Shown here piece after piece: positions 16,074 through 24,885 of a stretch of DNA of 32,000 nt (positions are counted from its first letter, which is position 1; every line of letters begins with the position of its first letter). The translations under genes and the position numbers were made by a program. The notes below the pieces were generated by a model, which was given only the letters and a program-made list of their open reading frames with translations, had not been told where the DNA came from and ran no database searches. The stretch lies in contig NC_014729.1 of the NCBI RefSeq assembly GCF_000172995.2, forward strand, positions 240,001 through 272,000, in the 5' to 3' direction. This DNA comes from Halogeometricum borinquense DSM 11551. GTDB taxonomy: Archaea > Halobacteriota > Halobacteria > Halobacteriales > Haloferacaceae.

Positions 16074-17909
16074 ATGGTACAAGTTATCTGGCTCGTTATC
16101 GCGGTGCTGGCACTGTTCTCGGCTGGGTACCTCGGGTATTCGAGGTATCTCGCGCAGTTCGTCGAACTTGACGACAGTCGTGAGACACCGGCGCACAAGT
16201 ACGAAGACGGACAGGAGTACGTGCCGGCGAAAAAGCCGGTTCTTCTCGGGCATCACTATTCGAGTATCGCGGGTGGGGCACCAATCGTCGGCCCCATCAC
16301 CGCAGGGGTCGTCTGGGGGTGGGTCCCTGCGCTGGCGTGGATTGCTATCGGTAACCCCCTGATGGGAAGCGTTCACGATTTCGTCTCGCTGTCGGCCAGT
16401 CTCCGACACGAGGGGCGCTCTATCGGCTACATCATCGGCGAGTACGTCGGCGAGCGCGGCAAGAACATGCTGCTTTGGTTCGCGTTCTTGACCATCATCC
16501 TCGTCGTGGGGGTGTTCGCTCTCGTCGTGGCCATCGTGTTCAACGCCTACCCGGAGGCGGCGACAGCGAGTCTGATTTACATCGGACTCGCTGTCCTTCT
16601 GGGGGCGTACCTGTATCAACTCGATCTGCCGTTCATCCCGGGAACTATCGCGTTCGTCGTGGCGATGTTCGTCGGCGTCTGGGTTGGTATCCAGTATCCG
16701 CTTGCCCTCTTCGAACCGGCGTCGCGCGCGCCGGCGCAGACCACCGTCCTGCTCTCGGGAATCGGGACGTGGTGGCTTCCAGCGTCCGATTCGCTCGGCG
16801 CGAACACCGCGGCGTGGGTGCCGATCATTCTCGTCTACGGTGCGTTCGCAAGCGCGCTTCCGGTGTGGGTTCTCCTCCAGCCGCGTGACTATCTCTCGTC
16901 GTTCCTTCTGTACACGGGCGTCGGCGGTGCACTGCTGGCGGTCATCGTTGGCACCGTCGGCGGCGCACTCGGTATCTCGGCGGTGACGCCGAGCCAACCG
17001 CTCGTGACCAATCTCGACCCGTTTTACGGCTTCATCGGCCGCTCCGGCGCACCGCTGTTCCCGCTCTTGTTCATCACTATCGCGTGCGGGACAATCAGCG
17101 GCTTCCACTCGCTCGTCTCCTCGGGGACGACCGCAAAGCAACTGAACCGTGAGTCAGACGCCCGAATCATCGGCTACGGTGGGATGCTCGGCGAGGGTCT
17201 GCTCGCGACTGTCGCGCTCATCACCGTCGCACTCGTCGCGCCTAACGTGGGCGGCGGTATCGGTCTTGCCCTGCCGACGTTCGCCACGGGCGGCGGCGTC
17301 ATCCTGACGAGTTTCGGCATCCCGGCGTCGTTCGGTGCGCCGTTCATGGCGCTCGTCCTCGTGAGTTTCCTCCTCACTTCGACGGACACGGCCGTCCGTC
17401 TCGGTCGGTACATGATGGAGGAAATCGTCGGGACGCCGGGGTCTCCCCTCGGATCGTTCGCGGTGGATCGCTACGGTAACGCAGTCGCACAGGCGCTTCC
17501 GGCGTATCTCCTCGTCACGAGTGGGTCGTGGCTGACCCTGTGGCAACTGTTCGGCGGCGCGAACCAACTGCTTGCGGCGCTTGCACTCCTCACCGCGACG
17601 GTGTGGTTGGCCAACTGGAGCGAGTCGAAACAACTCATCAGCACCGGCGGCCCGATGGTGGTTATGGTCTTTATCACCGTGATGGGCTTGCTGTGGCTCG
17701 CTCTCCACGACAACGTCTACGCGAAGTTCCTCAACGACGCATGGATGGAGTCCGCGACGACGCTCTCTATGGTGTCTGCCGCCGTCCAAGTCGTCGTCGC
17801 GTTCGTCTTGATGTACTTGGCGCTCTCGCTCGTCTTGATGGGCTACCGCAATATTCGGCGCGTCCGCGAGAACCCCAGCGAAGGCGGGTTCTCCTCGGGC
17901 GACGACTGA
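16074..17909 (+). CDS. cstA: Carbon starvation protein A (CstA family peptide/pyruvate transporter)
   Basis: VLLGHHYSSIAGGAPIVGPITAGVVWGWVPALAWIAIGNPLMGSVHDF is the CstA N-terminal signature. About 16 TM helices. The start could also be the ATG at 16059; 16074 lies about 28 nt downstream of a T-rich element. Confidence 0.9.
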   Translation: MVQVIWLVIAVLALFSAGYLGYSRYLAQFVELDDSRETPAHKYEDGQEYVPAKKPVLLGHHYSSIAGGAPIVGPITAGVVWGWVPALAWIAIGNPLMGSVHDFVSLSASLRHEGRSIGYIIGEYVGERGKNMLLWFAFLTIILVVGVFALVVAIVFNAYPEAATASLIYIGLAVLLGAYLYQLDLPFIPGTIAFVVAMFVGVWVGIQYPLALFEPASRAPAQTTVLLSGIGTWWLPASDSLGANTAAWVPIILVYGAFASALPVWVLLQPRDYLSSFLLYTGVGGALLAVIVGTVGGALGISAVTPSQPLVTNLDPFYGFIGRSGAPLFPLLFITIACGTISGFHSLVSSGTTAKQLNRESDARIIGYGGMLGEGLLATVALITVALVAPNVGGGIGLALPTFATGGGVILTSFGIPASFGAPFMALVLVSFLLTSTDTAVRLGRYMMEEIVGTPGSPLGSFAVDRYGNAVAQALPAYLLVTSGSWLTLWQLFGGANQLLAALALLTATVWLANWSESKQLISTGGPMVVMVFITVMGLLWLALHDNVYAKFLNDAWMESATTLSMVSAAVQVVVAFVLMYLALSLVLMGYRNIRRVRENPSEGGFSSGDD

Positions 17910-17971
17910 AATCGGTTGTCTATCTCGGCGGCGTCACTTCGGACGCCGCCGTCGGTCGTCTTCGCCGACGC

Positions 17972-18610
17972 TTACCGACGTAAGCGGTCCAATACGCGGG
18001 CAACGACGCCGCGCTGCTCCGTCTGGCGAACGTCGTCCCACAGGGTAAACGCCTGCGCCACATCCGCATTTTGGCTGGCGACGGCGTCCTCCTCGTCGGG
18101 TGCGACGACAGCGAGGTTCACTTCGTAGTGGCCGTAGTAGCCGAATTTGATGAGCGTCCGGTCGGAGAATTCCGCAACGAACTCCCGCACGTCTGCGGGC
18201 ACTTCGTTGGCGACGAGAACGAACGTGAAATCCGTCCCGAAATGTTCCTCGTCGGCGACAAACCAGTCGTCGCCGTCAGCCAGTTCGTGACCGAGTCCGA
18301 CCAGCCGTTCCAACTCGGCAACCGTGGGATGGGTGACGCGGCGGGCAAACAGGAACTCGTGGCTCTCGTGATTCGCGTAGTTCAGCGCCGGGTGGATGAA
18401 ATGTTTCTCCGATTCGATGCGCATCTCGCCGAACAGGTCGAACCGTTCGCCCGACACCGACCGGTCCTTCTCGAGGTCGTAGTTGAACATGAGACGGTCC
18501 GACACTTTGTCGAGATAGCTGTCCTCCCAGTCGGGGACGTGCGACAGGTCGATGCCCGCCTCCTCGGCGGCGGCTTTCGGATCGAACGAGTCGGCTTCCG
18601 CCTCGCTCAT
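17972..18610 (-). CDS. Conserved-looking hypothetical acidic protein (212 aa), translationally coupled to the upstream cupin gene
   Basis: Clean acidic ORF. Its ATG overlaps the cupin TGA (tcat at 18607-18610 on the + strand, ATGA on the - strand). No family recognised. Confidence 0.7.
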   Translation of the reverse strand: MSEAEADSFDPKAAAEEAGIDLSHVPDWEDSYLDKVSDRLMFNYDLEKDRSVSGERFDLFGEMRIESEKHFIHPALNYANHESHEFLFARRVTHPTVAELERLVGLGHELADGDDWFVADEEHFGTDFTFVLVANEVPADVREFVAEFSDRTLIKFGYYGHYEVNLAVVAPDEEDAVASQNADVAQAFTLWDDVRQTEQRGVVARVLDRLRR

Positions 18611-19029
18611 TCGGTTTCGCCTCCCGGTTCGTTTCCGCGCTCTGATTTGTTCTCTTCCTCCGAGTCGTACATTCTCGTATCACCGGTGACGGCGGGCGCG
18701 CCGATGGCGAGTACTTCCACCGCCTCCGTCGCGTTCGCGGGGTTGTACGCCCGTTGCGGACTGTTCGGTTCGACAGCAAATAGACTCCCCTCGTCCACTT
18801 CGTACGTCTCCGCGGGCGTCTCGACGGCCATCGTCCCCGAAAGGACGTAGAACGCCTCCTCCTGTGTCTCGTGGTAGTGGTACGCTAACGGAATCTGCTC
18901 ACCCGGCGCCGCTCGGAACCGGTTGATAGCGACGTTCTCTAACCCCGCTGCACCCGACAGACGCTGCATCTCGCAGGGACGGTCTTCGACCGTCTCCACC
19001 TCGTCGCAGTCCACGACACGGTATCCCAT
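18607..19029 (-). CDS. Cupin-domain protein (paralog of the 15453-15929 cupin)
   Basis: YHYHETQEEAFYVLSGTMAVE...VEVLAIGAP aligns with HTHLDQEEVFYVLSGTVTFQ...ATVLAIGAP of the other cupin. Confidence 0.8.
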   Translation of the reverse strand: MGYRVVDCDEVETVEDRPCEMQRLSGAAGLENVAINRFRAAPGEQIPLAYHYHETQEEAFYVLSGTMAVETPAETYEVDEGSLFAVEPNSPQRAYNPANATEAVEVLAIGAPAVTGDTRMYDSEEENKSERGNEPGGETE

Positions 19030-19128
19030 ACCTGTTCACAGCGAACACGGCATCAAAAGCACCTCGGGTATTGTCGGGGTCAAAACACTTTACTCGTGCA
19101 AGTCTGCTATTGTATGTGAACTGTTTCC

Positions 19129-19341
19129 ATGTCTGAAACGAAGACGGAATCCTGCGGTCGATGTGCGATGTCCACCGTCGTTGACGCCGCGGACGACGGC
19201 GAGGGGTCGAACCCGTTCGACGGGGGCCGAATCGAGTTGTCCGACCGGGAAGTGCGAGCGATCTCGCCTGCGGCGTGGGTAGCACGTCTCGCCTCGCGTA
19301 TCGACGACGCTGCGACTCGGTTCGTCTACGGGTCGCGCTGA
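19129..19341 (+). CDS. Small hypothetical protein (70 aa)
   Basis: ATG-initiated acidic ORF in an otherwise empty gap, with one CxxC (CGRC). No homology recognised. Confidence 0.35.
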   Translation: MSETKTESCGRCAMSTVVDAADDGEGSNPFDGGRIELSDREVRAISPAAWVARLASRIDDAATRFVYGSR

Positions 19342-19441
19342 GTCGCATTCGTCCGTTTCTCGCGTCCCGTTGGTTGTGGGACCGAGATGCAACTTGCAAG
19401 TAGACTTTTATACGCACCCGAACTTACCACCCGTCAACGAG

Positions 19442-20128
19442 ATGGAAGAGAGCGTTTCCGGCTTCAAAATCCGGGGGACGTGGGGGGACGTCGTTGAACA
19501 CGGCGAGCGGATCACGCGTGCCCTCCGCGATGCAGGCGTCGAAAGCGACGCCTTCAAGCAGTGGGACGAGTGGCGTCCCAAGGCACATGAACGACTGAGC
19601 GAGGACGTTAACGAGAAAACGGCCGCGCAAGCAAGCGTCAGCGAGGGGCAGGGTGAGAAAGCTGGCAAAGAGCCGAACGAAGACCTCCAGACCGCCGGTG
19701 AGAAGCTATCAGAATCGTATCAGAAGGTGGATGAGGGGGACAACGACGGTGCTGTCGAGCGCTGGAGTGAGTCAATCGGCTACGTCGCCCGCGCCGCCGA
19801 TTCCGCCGGTCGGAAGGCGCTTCGGAAGGTCGAAGACACCGTCTACCGGAAGGTGATGACGCAACTCGCGCCGTACTACTTCGACAACGAACTCGTCAGC
19901 GCGAACATCCAGAAGTCGGCGCGCGGCGAAGACGAGGTGACGTTCATCTTCGAGGTGAACATCAACGACGACGACCTGAAGTCGAAGGTGAGTCGCCGCC
20001 TCGGCGAGTACGACGACGAGGTGGACCGGTGGCACGTCGATACCGAAAAGGAGACGACGACTGCCGAAGCGGCGGAAGGCGTCGAAGCGCCGCCGTCGGA
20101 CCCGGACTCGAATTTCACCACGAACTGA
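19442..20128 (+). CDS. Hypothetical acidic cytoplasmic protein (228 aa)
   Basis: From ATG at 19442: MEESVSGFKIRGTWGDVVEHGERITRAL... The coding-like acidic composition is continuous to the stop. The upstream extension from 19370 looks non-coding. Confidence 0.65.
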   Translation: MEESVSGFKIRGTWGDVVEHGERITRALRDAGVESDAFKQWDEWRPKAHERLSEDVNEKTAAQASVSEGQGEKAGKEPNEDLQTAGEKLSESYQKVDEGDNDGAVERWSESIGYVARAADSAGRKALRKVEDTVYRKVMTQLAPYYFDNELVSANIQKSARGEDEVTFIFEVNINDDDLKSKVSRRLGEYDDEVDRWHVDTEKETTTAEAAEGVEAPPSDPDSNFTTN

Positions 20129-20224
20129 CGCGCCCCACCCGTCGAAAGACTACGACCCAGATTCGGGTCTCAGACCTTTGGTCATATTAATAACAATTAT
20201 GGCGAGCGCGATAATGAGCAGTGT

Positions 20225-20428
20225 ATGGTGAGCCAAGCCTATCAACTCGGACTGCTGCTCGTTGTTTTCGGTGGATTTCTCGCAACGAACAGCACGGGAT
20301 CCGTTTCGGGAATCGGTATTTTGTCGATGTATCTGGGGCTACTTGTCGGTATTACGGGCTGCCTCCAGTCTGGGATCCGCGACCGACGTACGCACGTTGA
20401 TCCAGGGAGCGCACGCACCGAGAAGTAA
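20225..20428 (+). CDS. Small hypothetical membrane protein (2 TM, 67 aa)
   Basis: LGLLLVVFGGFLAT and GIGILSMYLGLLVGITGCL. Supported by ORF shape only. Confidence 0.4.
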   Translation: MVSQAYQLGLLLVVFGGFLATNSTGSVSGIGILSMYLGLLVGITGCLQSGIRDRRTHVDPGSARTEK

Positions 20429-20473
20429 CCCGGGCAGTCGCCGACAACGCTCGCTGCAGATAGAAAAGGCGGT

Positions 20474-21556
20474 TCAGCTTTCCAGTGTCGCCGTGACCGT
20501 ACGCAGGTTCTCCAGTCTGTCTTCGACGGACGGGTGAGTTTGCGTGGCGATAGTCGCTTTCTCGTCGTCTTCAGCATCCGTGCTGAACCCGTGCGGCAGG
20601 AAGCAGAGGCCGCTGAGCGTAGACGCCGTCGAACGCAAGTCGCGCCGTGTTCGCTCCTCGTCCGCCAGCGTCCGAATCGCACTCGCCATCGCCGCGGGGT
20701 CACCCGTCGCTCGCGCGCCCGCCGTATCGGCGACGAGTTCGCGCCGCCGCGACAATCGACGAGTGAGGACGACGGCGGGGGCCGCCAACAGGCCAAGGAG
20801 GACGCCGCCGAGGAGGAGTGTGAAGCCGACGACGAGGAGGAACTCGCCGAGTGATGACCCGCCGAACGCCGTCCCCGAAAGTCGCGGCGTCGCCATCACG
20901 TAGAGGACGAACAGACCGATTGCGCCGATGAGGTAGTGTGCGCCGCTCATCGAGGGGATGACAGAGTCCGACGTCGAGTACTCGCCGTTGGCGAGGGCCG
21001 GCAGGACGGACGCGAGCGTCATCACCGTCGCATCGCGGTTTTTCACGTGCGCGAGTTCGTGGGCCAACACGGCGTCGAGTTCGTCGTCCGAGAGGTCGTC
21101 GATGAGTCCCCGACTGATGACGACGGTGGACGCGCGCGGACCACCGACGGCCAGCGAGTTCGGCACGTCGGTATCGACGACGGCCAACTCGGGCGGCCGA
21201 AGGTCGAACTGCGCGGCGAGCCGAGTGATTCGAGCGTGTAAGTTCGGATGTGTTGATTCGCTCACCGTCTTCGCGCCGACGGCGGCGAGAACACCGCGCC
21301 GCGCGTACCGAAGATGGGCGAGGAGGAACACGCCGGTGACGGCGACGATTGCGACACCGCCGACGAGGACGCTCGGCGTGCCGGACGGGAGGTATGGTTC
21401 GACCCACGGCGCGACGAGGTAGCCGAAGGCGGCGACGGCGACGACATCGATAGTAACGACGAGCGCCAGCGCCGCGGCCATCTCACGGACGAGTGACTTG
21501 TCCGCTGTCGGACCTGTGACAGCCGAAGTGTGACCGTCTGACGTGGAGGGCGACAT
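20474..21556 (-). CDS. M48 family zinc metalloprotease (HtpX-like), integral membrane
   Basis: HELAHVKNRD (HExxH), the downstream RRRELVADTAGA (third-ligand Glu context) and 4 or more TM helices. Confidence 0.85.
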   Translation of the reverse strand: MSPSTSDGHTSAVTGPTADKSLVREMAAALALVVTIDVVAVAAFGYLVAPWVEPYLPSGTPSVLVGGVAIVAVTGVFLLAHLRYARRGVLAAVGAKTVSESTHPNLHARITRLAAQFDLRPPELAVVDTDVPNSLAVGGPRASTVVISRGLIDDLSDDELDAVLAHELAHVKNRDATVMTLASVLPALANGEYSTSDSVIPSMSGAHYLIGAIGLFVLYVMATPRLSGTAFGGSSLGEFLLVVGFTLLLGGVLLGLLAAPAVVLTRRLSRRRELVADTAGARATGDPAAMASAIRTLADEERTRRDLRSTASTLSGLCFLPHGFSTDAEDDEKATIATQTHPSVEDRLENLRTVTATLES

Positions 21557-21582
21557 TTCGTGTCTAAGGTAGGAGAGGAGGA

Positions 21583-21615
21583 ATAAATGTTTCCCGGAGA
21601 GGACAAGGATTTTAC
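21583..21615. promoter_or_regulatory. Back-to-back divergent promoters: AATAAA (21583-21588, read as TTTATT on the - strand) for the M48 gene and TTTTAC (21610-21615) for the 21639 operon
   Basis: Each A/T hexamer lies about 25-30 nt from its start codon (21556 and the GTG at 21639) within an 82-bp intergenic region, consistent with leaderless transcripts. Confidence 0.45.
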
Positions 21616-21638
21616 GGGTTTGCCTCTCACCCTATAAC

Positions 21639-22709
21639 GTGTCACGCGACCGCACACGTGCCGCCCTCGCCCTCCTCTGTGTCGTGGTGGTGCTGTTCGG
21701 CGGGTCGCTGTTTCCGACTGCCGGTTTCGGGTCGTACCCGGCCGGTATCGGCGGTGGGAACGGCGTCCCCGGTGCCCCCGGCGATTCGCCGGGTTCCGGC
21801 ATCGACGACCGAGCCACCCCGACACCGAGCCCGACCGAGGCAGCACAGACGGCGGACGATGGACAGACCGAGACTGCAACCGGGACACCAACCCCGACGC
21901 CAACTCCGACAGAGACGCCAGTCTCCGACGGGCCAACGGACGACGGCATCTCGATGGACGGTGCGTTCGCTGGTATCATGCTCATCATCGGCGTGTGCGC
22001 GGCGGGACTGCTCGTGTTCTCGCTCGCGCCGGGTATCGATGAGCAGACGACTTTTGCCGGGCTTCCAATCGGCCGATTCCAGACGAACCTCCGGGCGTTC
22101 TTCGCCGCCGTTCCGCGACGGACGACATCGTTCCTAGTTGGTCTCTCGGCGTCCGTTCCGGGTGTACTCGACAGAGTGTTCTCTGTCACTGTCGCCGCGG
22201 CGGAGTCGTTCGGTGTCATCGCCAAGGGCCTCGTCCGCGGTAGCGGGCGAACCCTCGCGGTCCTCGGCGGAAGTTTGGGAACCGTCGTCACTGTACTTCC
22301 TCGTGCGTTTGGCGGCGGTCTATCAGCCCTGTTCGGCGGACTTCTCCGCGCCGGTTCGGGGGGTCTCACCGGTCGTCGCGGGAACGAACGGGAGCCGAAC
22401 GATGGTTCCCCGACGCCGACTGCCGACGTTGAGGAGGAGACTGACCCGACTCCGCAGAGCGTCGAGGAAGCGTGGGCGATGATGGCCGAACGAGTCCCCA
22501 TCGGAAACCGAAAAGCGGCCACGCCGGGCGAATACGCCCGCGCCGCTGTCGCCGCTGGCTTCCCCGAGTCGGCCGTCCAGCGACTGACTCGTGCGTTCGA
22601 GCGAGTGCGGTACGGCGGGAAATCCGGACGCGACGAACTCCCGAGTGTCCGGGATGCCCTCTCCCGGATTCGCTCGTTCCTCGACAGTAACGGCGGTGAG
22701 AACGCATGA
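21639..22709 (+). CDS. Membrane protein with Thr/Pro-rich linker and C-terminal DUF4129-like domain
   Basis: GTG start. N-terminal TM, a GTPTPTPTPTETP linker (21885-21920), a second TM, and a C-terminus TPGEYARAAVAAGFPESAVQRLTRAFERVRYGG that resembles the DUF4129 signature. Confidence 0.75.
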   Translation: MSRDRTRAALALLCVVVVLFGGSLFPTAGFGSYPAGIGGGNGVPGAPGDSPGSGIDDRATPTPSPTEAAQTADDGQTETATGTPTPTPTPTETPVSDGPTDDGISMDGAFAGIMLIIGVCAAGLLVFSLAPGIDEQTTFAGLPIGRFQTNLRAFFAAVPRRTTSFLVGLSASVPGVLDRVFSVTVAAAESFGVIAKGLVRGSGRTLAVLGGSLGTVVTVLPRAFGGGLSALFGGLLRAGSGGLTGRRGNEREPNDGSPTPTADVEEETDPTPQSVEEAWAMMAERVPIGNRKAATPGEYARAAVAAGFPESAVQRLTRAFERVRYGGKSGRDELPSVRDALSRIRSFLDSNGGENA

Positions 22710-23560
22710 TTCTGTCATGGCTGCGACGCCATTTACAGATCGTATTCGCGGCTTGTGCGCTTATCGGAGCCGTCGTCGTCGTTCTCCCCGAGTGGCTGCT
22801 CCCGTCGTTTGTCGTTACGCTCGCTTCCTCATCGCTTGCGAGTTCCTCGCTCGTCCTCGTTGCTGCCGGACTCGTAGGCCTGTACGGGATTCGTGTCCTC
22901 GTGTCCCCTGACGAGGAGGAAACAAGCCAGACAACGGTCCAGTACCCTCAGACACCGCCCGAAACCGCCGTCCACGAGGTTCGTCGCGTTGTCGGTGAGG
23001 ACGTTAACGGCGCGGCCAGTACCGCTGTTCCCGATGAGAAGTGGAAGCAGCGACGGCATCGGCGTCGGGCGTACGGAACGCTCCGGACTGCGGCCGTTGA
23101 CGCAATCGCCGAGACGACTGGCTGCCCCCGAGAGACGGCGACCGAACTCGTCGCTGAAGGGCGGTGGACGGACAAACCGCGCGCTCGGGCGTATCTCGCA
23201 CAAGATACGTCGATTCATCCTCCGCTTCGAACACGCGTCCGCGATTGGGCGGCCGGTGAGCGGACTGAACGCGCCGTCCAGGACACCGTTTCCGCGATCC
23301 TCTCTATCCGCGACGGCGACGCCGACGTGGCGCGTGCGGAACTTGCGGCGATTGAATCAACAGCTAGCCAGTCTGTTGCTCACGCTGACGCACCGGCGGC
23401 AACGACAGACGAATTTGCGGACGCAGAACCGCCGTACACACCGTCCGAAGACGCAGACACTGAGAAAATCGCTATGGAACGAAACGCTGCATTGGCCGAA
23501 ACTGATGGCGGCGCACCCGCCAAGTCCACAACCGACACTGACGAAGGTGATCGCCGATGA
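22706..23560 (+). CDS. Hypothetical 2-TM membrane protein with acidic cytoplasmic domain
   Basis: ATGA overlap with the upstream gene at 22706-22709. TM helices IVFAACALIGAVVVVL and SSLVLVAAGLVGLYGIRVLV. Confidence 0.7.
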   Translation: MILSWLRRHLQIVFAACALIGAVVVVLPEWLLPSFVVTLASSSLASSSLVLVAAGLVGLYGIRVLVSPDEEETSQTTVQYPQTPPETAVHEVRRVVGEDVNGAASTAVPDEKWKQRRHRRRAYGTLRTAAVDAIAETTGCPRETATELVAEGRWTDKPRARAYLAQDTSIHPPLRTRVRDWAAGERTERAVQDTVSAILSIRDGDADVARAELAAIESTASQSVAHADAPAATTDEFADAEPPYTPSEDADTEKIAMERNAALAETDGGAPAKSTTDTDEGDRR

Positions 23561-24885
23561 GTGGTCGGGGACGAGTCACGACAAGATCGACACAGAGTGA
23601 TTTGAGTCTCGCATCCACGCTGTTGTCCTCGGGACCGGCACGGACTGACATTGGCCTCGTGTTCGCACTGTTTGCCGGTGCAGCGGGCATCGTCGTCTCG
23701 GAGCCAGCAATGTTCGTCTCCGCTATCGTTGGGTTCGTCTACGTTGGCTATCGAAACGCCAACCGCGAACCTGACCCGACGCTGACGCTCGACCGGACGC
23801 TGAGCACGCAGTCACCCGCGCCGGGAGCAACTGTCGAGGTGACGCTTACGGTCACGAACGAGACCGAGGAACCCGTTCCAGACCTTCGTCTCGTGGACGG
23901 CGTTCCCGAACGACTGGCAGTTGTCGATGGCTCACCGCGTCTCGGAACGAGCCTCGGACCCGGTGAGTCGGAGTCGCTGACGTACGCTATCCGCGCTCGC
24001 CGCGGGTCGCACTCGTTCGATGAGTGCGTTGTCGCCGTCCGCAACCTGAGCGGTAGCGCAGAGACGCGTGATGCGGTCGAAATCGACACGAAACTGGATT
24101 GTGAGGGGAGCGTCGATGACGTTCCGCTGACCGGACAGACGATAACCGCGAGCGGCCGTGTTCCGACGGATTCTGGCGGCGAGGGCGTGGAGTTCTACGC
24201 CACTCGACAACACCATCGGACGGACCCGATGCGTCGCGTAGACTGGAAGCGGTACGCGAAGACGGGCGAACTCACTACTGTCGAGTTCCGCCGCGAACGC
24301 GCGGCAACCGTTATCTGTCTCGTGGACGTCCGCGTCGAGGCGCACGTCGCCCGGCGCGAGGGCGAACCCGACGCCGTGTGGCTCTCGAAGTACGCCGCCG
24401 AACGGGCGATGGAGTCACTCCTCTCTACCGGCAACCGGGCCGGTGTGGCACTGTACGGTGCGTTCCCCGGTCAGCGCTATCTCGAACCCAAGACGGGCCG
24501 CGACCAAGTTCTCCGCGCCCGGTCGCTGTTCGAGAAAGCAGAGATACCGGACGCGTCCCGAACCGACCGCAATCAGTCACGCCGGAACGTGAATCTCGAA
24601 ACGCTTCTGAAACGGATCCCCGACGACGCACAGATCGCGTTCTTCTCGCCGTTCCTCGACGAGGATGTGGTTACCGATGCGCGCCGTCTCGCGGCTCACG
24701 GCCACTCCGTGACGGCGTATGTCCCGGATTTAGCCGGGAAAACGCCCGGCGGCGAAATATCGAAATTCGAGCGTGACCGTCGCCTCCGCAAACTCCACGG
24801 TGACGACGTGCGCGTGGTGCTTTGGTCGCCGGACGAACCGCTTCGTGCGGCGACTGACCGCGCGAAAGCGAGGTGGTCGGCATGA
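23557..24885 (+). CDS. DUF58 domain protein (vWA-like fold, the usual MoxR partner) with N-terminal TM pair and Ig/CARDB-like segment
   Basis: ATGA overlap at 23557-23560. APGATVEVTLTVTNETEEPVPDLRLVDGVP is Ig-like. RRVDWKRYAKTGELTTVEFRRERAATVICLVD is the DUF58 hallmark. Confidence 0.8.
   Translation: MSGRGRVTTRSTQSDLSLASTLLSSGPARTDIGLVFALFAGAAGIVVSEPAMFVSAIVGFVYVGYRNANREPDPTLTLDRTLSTQSPAPGATVEVTLTVTNETEEPVPDLRLVDGVPERLAVVDGSPRLGTSLGPGESESLTYAIRARRGSHSFDECVVAVRNLSGSAETRDAVEIDTKLDCEGSVDDVPLTGQTITASGRVPTDSGGEGVEFYATRQHHRTDPMRRVDWKRYAKTGELTTVEFRRERAATVICLVDVRVEAHVARREGEPDAVWLSKYAAERAMESLLSTGNRAGVALYGAFPGQRYLEPKTGRDQVLRARSLFEKAEIPDASRTDRNQSRRNVNLETLLKRIPDDAQIAFFSPFLDEDVVTDARRLAAHGHSVTAYVPDLAGKTPGGEISKFERDRRLRKLHGDDVRVVLWSPDEPLRAATDRAKARWSA

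Noticed and set aside
16047-17141. 364-aa ORF antisense to cstA
   Set aside because: It has an Arg/Asp/Glu-rich low-complexity composition with no motifs. The sense strand encodes an unmistakable CstA transporter.
20700-21936. Several 150-235-aa ORFs antisense to or overlapping the M48 protease gene and its promoter
   Set aside because: All are Arg-rich and basic. The M48 frame contains HExxH and TM helices.
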